NCBI GenBank assembly: GCA_040376455.1 | Contig: JBEIQP010000002.1 | Location: 1-60,545, forward strand | DNA length: 60,545 nt | Source: Planctomycetaceae bacterium | GTDB lineage: Bacteria; Planctomycetota; Planctomycetia; Pirellulales; UBA1268 | Direction of reading: 5' to 3' | The notes under the pieces: model-generated | Seen by the model: the letters and a program-made list of their open reading frames with translations, nothing else | The model's database searches: none | What the model was told of the DNA's origin: nothing | Translations under genes and position numbers: made by a program | Shown: piece after piece, positions 56,630 to 60,545 of the stretch | Numbering within the stretch: the first letter of the stretch is position 1 | How the letters are laid out: each line of letters begins with the position of its first letter

Positions 56630-57361
56630 ATGGAGATCGGTCCGTACAAGCGGGTGCTCCTCAAGCTCTCGGGTGAGAGCTTCGCGCGGCAGGGCGAGCG
56701 CGGCATCTCCATGGAGGAGGTGGTGCACATCGCGAGGCAGACCGTGCAGGCGGTGTCGCGCGGCCTGGAGCTGGCCGTCGTCATCGGCGGGGGAAACATC
56801 CTCCGCGGCGGCTCGTTCAAGGCGGGCAATGCGGCGATCCAGGAGGCGACGGCCCATTACATGGGCATGCTCGCCACGGTCATCAACGGCCTGGCCCTCC
56901 AGGATGCGATCGAAAGCCTCGGCGCCCAAACGCGGCTGATGACCGCCATCCGCATGGATGGCGTCGCCGAGCCCTACATCCGCCGCCGCGCCCGCCGTCA
57001 TCTGGAGAAGGGCCGGATCGTGATCATCGCCGCCGGCACGGGCAGCCCCTACGTCACCACCGACACCGCCGCCGCCCAGCGGGCCTTGGAGCTGGGCGCC
57101 GACATCCTCATGAAGGCCACGCGGGTCGATGGCGTCTATTCCGACGACCCCGAAAAAAATCCCCACGCGATGCTCTACCGCGAACTCAGCTACCAGCAGG
57201 TTCGCGAGCAGAATCTCCGCGTGATGGACGCCACGGCCATCTCGCAGTGCATGGAGCACGGCATGCCGATCCTCGTGTTCAACTACCGCCGCGAGGGCAA
57301 CATCGAGCGGGCCGTGGCCGGCGAACGGGTCGGCACGCTGGTGGGCACGCGCAAGGAATGA
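56630..57361 (+). CDS. pyrH: UMP kinase
   Basis: [14 protein letters not shown]…[10 protein letters not shown]…[13 protein letters not shown]…[29 protein letters not shown]…. I prefer ATG 56630 (GGAGG 5 nt upstream) over the ORF-track GTG 56618. Confidence 0.93.
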   Translation: MEIGPYKRVLLKLSGESFARQGERGISMEEVVHIARQTVQAVSRGLELAVVIGGGNILRGGSFKAGNAAIQEATAHYMGMLATVINGLALQDAIESLGAQTRLMTAIRMDGVAEPYIRRRARRHLEKGRIVIIAAGTGSPYVTTDTAAAQRALELGADILMKATRVDGVYSDDPEKNPHAMLYRELSYQQVREQNLRVMDATAISQCMEHGMPILVFNYRREGNIERAVAGERVGTLVGTRKE

Positions 57362-57472
57362 CCGGCGGCCGTCGCGCTTGCCGCCGGCGCGCGGCCCGTG
57401 CGACAATCGGGGGCCGGCGGGCCGCGTTCCGCCGCGAAGCCACCCGACACGACCCGCGAGGAGAGAAGCGCG

Positions 57473-58033
57473 ATGCCCGCCGATGACATTCTGCTCGATG
57501 CCGAGGAACGCATGGAAAAGGCGGCGGAGGTGTTTCGCCACGCCCTCACCGGCATCCGCACCGGCCGCGCCAATCCGGGGCTCGTCGATTCGCTGCGCGT
57601 CGAGGTCTACGGCTCGCCCACGCCGATCAAGGCGCTGGCCAGCGTGGGCGCGCCGGAGCCCAACCAGATCGTCGTCCGGCCGTTCGACCCGGGCACGATC
57701 AAGGACATCGAGAAGGCGATTCAGGCGAGCGACCTCGGCTTCAACCCGCAGAGCGACGGCCGCGTGATCCGGATCACGATCCCCGCCCTCTCCACCGACG
57801 TGCGCCGCAAGATGACGGCGCGGATCAAGGAGCTCGCCGAGGAGGCGCGGGTGGCGATCCGCAACGTCCGCCGCGACGCCAACAAGGCGGCCGACACGGA
57901 AAAGACCGACGGCACGCTCACCGAGGACGACTGCGAGTCGTGCAAGGAGGAGGTGCAGGAGCTCACCAAGAAGTTCGAGGCGAAGGTCGGCGATCTCGCG
58001 AAGGTGAAGGAATCGGAAGTGATGGAGCAGTGA
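57473..58033 (+). CDS. frr: ribosome recycling factor
   Basis: …MEKAAEVFRHALTGIRTGRANPGLVDSLRVEVYGSPTPIKALASV…IVVRPFD…I…SDLGFNPQSDGRVIRITIPALS…RR…. ATG 57473 is preceded by GAGGAGAG. Confidence 0.93.
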   Translation: MPADDILLDAEERMEKAAEVFRHALTGIRTGRANPGLVDSLRVEVYGSPTPIKALASVGAPEPNQIVVRPFDPGTIKDIEKAIQASDLGFNPQSDGRVIRITIPALSTDVRRKMTARIKELAEEARVAIRNVRRDANKAADTEKTDGTLTEDDCESCKEEVQELTKKFEAKVGDLAKVKESEVMEQ

Positions 58034-58085
58034 GCCGCCGCCAACGGACACAAGGGAGCACGAGGCCGCCGGGAGGGCGCGACCG

Positions 58086-59075
58086 ATGGTGGTGGGCAGG
58101 GCATCCGACGACGTCCCGGCGCGGCTGACGGGCGTGGTGAAGCGCTACGGCCGCCAGACCGTGCTCGACGACGTGACCCTCGACGTGCCGCCGGGCATCA
58201 CCGGGTTGGTCGGCCCCAATGGAGCCGGCAAGAGCACGCTCGTGCGGGTCGTGCTCGGCCTCGTCCGCCGGTGTGGCGGCGCCGTGAGCGTGTTTGGCCA
58301 CGACCCGGCGCGGGCGGCGTGGGCGGTGCGTCGGCTCGTCGGCGTGATGCCGGAGGACGACTGCTTCGTGCCCGGACTTACCGGCGTGGAGACGGTCTGC
58401 TACGCCGCACGGCTCTCCGGCCTGCGCGGCACCGAGGGCCTGCGCAGGGCCCACGAGGTGCTCGATTGGTGCGATGCCGGCCAGGAGCGGTACCGGCCGG
58501 TCGAGACCTTGTCGGTGGGCATGCGGCAGAAGGTGACGTTCGCCTCGGCGATCGTGCACGACCCGGCGCTCGTGATCCTCGACGAGCCGACCAACGGCCT
58601 CGACCCGATCGAGCGGCGCGCGATGCTCGGCCGTCTGGTCACGCTCGCCCGCGACCACGGCAAGGCGGTGCTGGTCTCCACGCACGTGCTGCGCGACGTC
58701 GAGGCCATCTGCGACCGGATGGTCGTGCTCGTCGGCGGCCGGGTTCGACTGAGCGGTTCGATCAGCGCGCTGACCGAGGCGACGACGACGACGCTCCGAC
58801 TGGAGGCGACCGGCCCCCTCGAGCCCGTGGTCGCGGCGCTCGCCGCCCGGGGCCTGGCGGCCCGGATCGCGCCCGGTTCGGGGGCCGCGGCGACGGCGAT
58901 CCTGATCGAGGCCGGCGGCGGCCGGGTGCGGGAGGTGTGGGGGGCGGCGCGACAGGCCGGCGCCGAGGTCCGGCTGCTCGAGCCGGCGACCAAGCCCCTC
59001 GAGGCGGTATTCCTCGCGGTGCTCGCTGCCGCGGAGTCGAACGCCGAACAGGGAGCCTCCCATGCCGCTCCATGA
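58086..59075 (+). CDS. ABC transporter ATP-binding protein
   Basis: Walker A GPNGAGKST, signature variant LSVGMRQK, Walker B LVILDEPTNGLD, H-loop STHV. Confidence 0.88.
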   Translation: MVVGRASDDVPARLTGVVKRYGRQTVLDDVTLDVPPGITGLVGPNGAGKSTLVRVVLGLVRRCGGAVSVFGHDPARAAWAVRRLVGVMPEDDCFVPGLTGVETVCYAARLSGLRGTEGLRRAHEVLDWCDAGQERYRPVETLSVGMRQKVTFASAIVHDPALVILDEPTNGLDPIERRAMLGRLVTLARDHGKAVLVSTHVLRDVEAICDRMVVLVGGRVRLSGSISALTEATTTTLRLEATGPLEPVVAALAARGLAARIAPGSGAAATAILIEAGGGRVREVWGAARQAGAEVRLLEPATKPLEAVFLAVLAAAESNAEQGASHAAP

Positions 59076-60201
59076 CGTTGGGTACAGGCCGTGGGCCGGA
59101 TCGCGGGAGGGAGCGGGCGGCGCCGGCGTGATCGCCGCGACGGGCGTGCGGTTGGCCTGGCAGAGCCGCTGGCTGCGGCGGGCCGTGCTCTTCGCCTGGA
59201 GCCCCGCGCTGGCGTTTGCCACGGCGTTCTTCGCCTTCGAGCAGGCGGTCGAGGAAGGCTACCTGTTCGGCCCGGGGCCGGTGCTGCGGGGCGGCCCGCT
59301 GGCCGTCGGGTTCGGGGAACTCGGCGCGTGGCTGACCGAATTCTTCGCGGGCGACACCGCGGCCGGGGGCCCCACGGCCCTCGAGGCCACGAGGCGGGAG
59401 GTGTGGGCGCGGCTGCTGCTGTCGTTCATGCGGGCTCCGCAGGCGGTCTTGCTCGCGATCGTGGTGGGGCTCGTCGCGCCGCCGCTGATCGCGCGCGACC
59501 TGCGGGCGAAGGCCTGGCTCTTCTACTTCACGCGGCCGCTCTCGCGCTGGGACTACATCCTGGGAAAGGCGGGCATCCTCGTGACCGTCGTGGCCATGAT
59601 CACGATGGTGCCGGCGCTGGCGCTGTGGGTCGTCGGGGTGTCGGTCAGCCCGAGCATGTGGGTGGCGGTGAGCACGTGGGACCTGCCCTTGAGGATCGTG
59701 GCCGCCAGCGCGGCCCTGGCGGTGCCGACGGTGCTGCTGGCGCTCGCCTATTCGTCGCTCACCGCCGAAAGTCGGATGGCGGCGTTCGCCTGGTTCGCCA
59801 CGTGGGTGGCCTGTTGGATCGCCCACTCGGCGCTGGTCGGCGCCGACGCCATGGCCGAGGCCAGGGCCGCGGCCGCGGCGGCCCATGCCGGCCGCGATCC
59901 CGGCAGCGTCGGCAAGGGAGGCGACCGCCCGGTGGTGGCGTCGGCCCCCGCCGGCGTCCCGCGGCACCGCCGGCACGTCAGGCAGTTTCGCTGGCTGGCC
60001 AACGCCGCCGGCGTGGACGCCACCCTCGACCGGTGGTCGTGGCTGTCGCTCTACCATGCCCTCGGCGTGGTGCAGGCGTGGATCTTCGGCATCGAGCGGC
60101 GGGCCGCGGCGGTGGTGCCGCCGTGCCTGTCGTTGGCGGCGGTGTCGCTCGTGTCGCTCGCGATCCTCGCGTGGCGGGTCGATGCGCCCGCCCGCGTCTG
60201 A
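59062..60201 (+). CDS. putative ABC-transporter-associated multi-pass membrane protein
   Basis: Overlaps the upstream ATPase gene by 14 nt. It has several long hydrophobic segments (…LLAIVVGLVAPPLIA…, …ILVTVVAMITMVPALALWVVGV…, …LAVPTVLLALAYSSL…). I do not recognise a specific family. Confidence 0.6.
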   Translation: MPLHDVGYRPWAGSREGAGGAGVIAATGVRLAWQSRWLRRAVLFAWSPALAFATAFFAFEQAVEEGYLFGPGPVLRGGPLAVGFGELGAWLTEFFAGDTAAGGPTALEATRREVWARLLLSFMRAPQAVLLAIVVGLVAPPLIARDLRAKAWLFYFTRPLSRWDYILGKAGILVTVVAMITMVPALALWVVGVSVSPSMWVAVSTWDLPLRIVAASAALAVPTVLLALAYSSLTAESRMAAFAWFATWVACWIAHSALVGADAMAEARAAAAAAHAGRDPGSVGKGGDRPVVASAPAGVPRHRRHVRQFRWLANAAGVDATLDRWSWLSLYHALGVVQAWIFGIERRAAAVVPPCLSLAAVSLVSLAILAWRVDAPARV

Positions 60202-60240
60202 AGGGAATCCCGGTCGCCCCATGGAGCGGAGCCGCGCGGA

Positions 60241-60545
60241 ATGATCAGCCTGTCGCACGTCACGAAACTCTACGGTTCCGTGATCGGCGTCAACGACGTG
60301 TCGGTGGCGATCGGGCCGGGGGCGCACGGCCTGCTCGGCCCCAACGGCGCGGGCAAAACCACGCTCCTGGGGCTGATGACCGGACAGCTCCGGCCGACCA
60401 TGGGAACGGTGCGGATCTTCGGCGAGCGTCCCTACGGCAATCCGCGGGTGCTGCGCCGGATCGGCTACTGCCCCGCGACCGACCTGCTGGAACGCCGCAC
60501 GACACCGCTCGAGTGGGTGACCTTCCTGGTGCGGCTGTCGGGGCA
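60241..60545 (+). CDS. ABC transporter ATP-binding protein (5' part; runs off the window)
   Basis: MISLSHVTKLYGSVIGVNDVSVAIGPGAHGLLGPNGAGKTTLLGLMTGQL… contains a Walker A motif. Truncated at the window end. Confidence 0.85.
   Translation, partial: MISLSHVTKLYGSVIGVNDVSVAIGPGAHGLLGPNGAGKTTLLGLMTGQLRPTMGTVRIFGERPYGNPRVLRRIGYCPATDLLERRTTPLEWVTFLVRLSG

Overview
Very GC-rich 60.5-kb chromosomal segment that looks planctomycetal (PVC superphylum). It carries the lineage-typical PSCyt/DUF1549/DUF1553 + DUF1501 gene pair, two PVC-type CxxCH heme-binding beta-propeller/HEAT proteins and a 2,124-aa alpha-2-macroglobulin. I call 45 protein-coding features (one frameshifted, one partial at the window end) and one tRNA-Leu(CAA). 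I see no rRNA, CRISPR array, transposase or integrase. About half the window is housekeeping: rpiB, bamA, metF, folK-panC-lgt, ilvN-ilvC and rpsB-tsf-pyrH-frr. Four things seem most worth follow-up. (1) A 14-kb co-directional, tightly spaced or overlapping cluster (24064-38165) links exported heme and copper proteins to a cytoplasmic YceH/DUF480 protein, a soluble multi-PAS/GAF histidine kinase and a response regulator with a Cys-rich C-terminal module. Its centrepiece is a 1,706-aa mosaic protein with SGNH-like, beta-propeller, HEAT, discoidin, azurin-type cupredoxin and cytochrome c modules. (2) An ECF sigma / non-zinc anti-sigma / single-CDGSH iron-sulfur protein trio is joined by ATGA and GTGA overlaps (46513-48661). 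(3) There are unusual fusions: TsaC + YwlE-like phosphatase next to rpiB, and FolK + a degenerate P-loop kinase-like domain. (4) BamA carries a roughly 220-aa Pro/Gln-rich insertion. The first ~1.2 kb is visibly more AT-rich and holds a frameshifted DUF4160/DUF2442 pair. All domain calls come from motif recognition by eye in the supplied translations. No database search, fold prediction or statistics were run. The many very long ORFs on the opposite strands of real genes are explained as GC3 artefacts and rejected.
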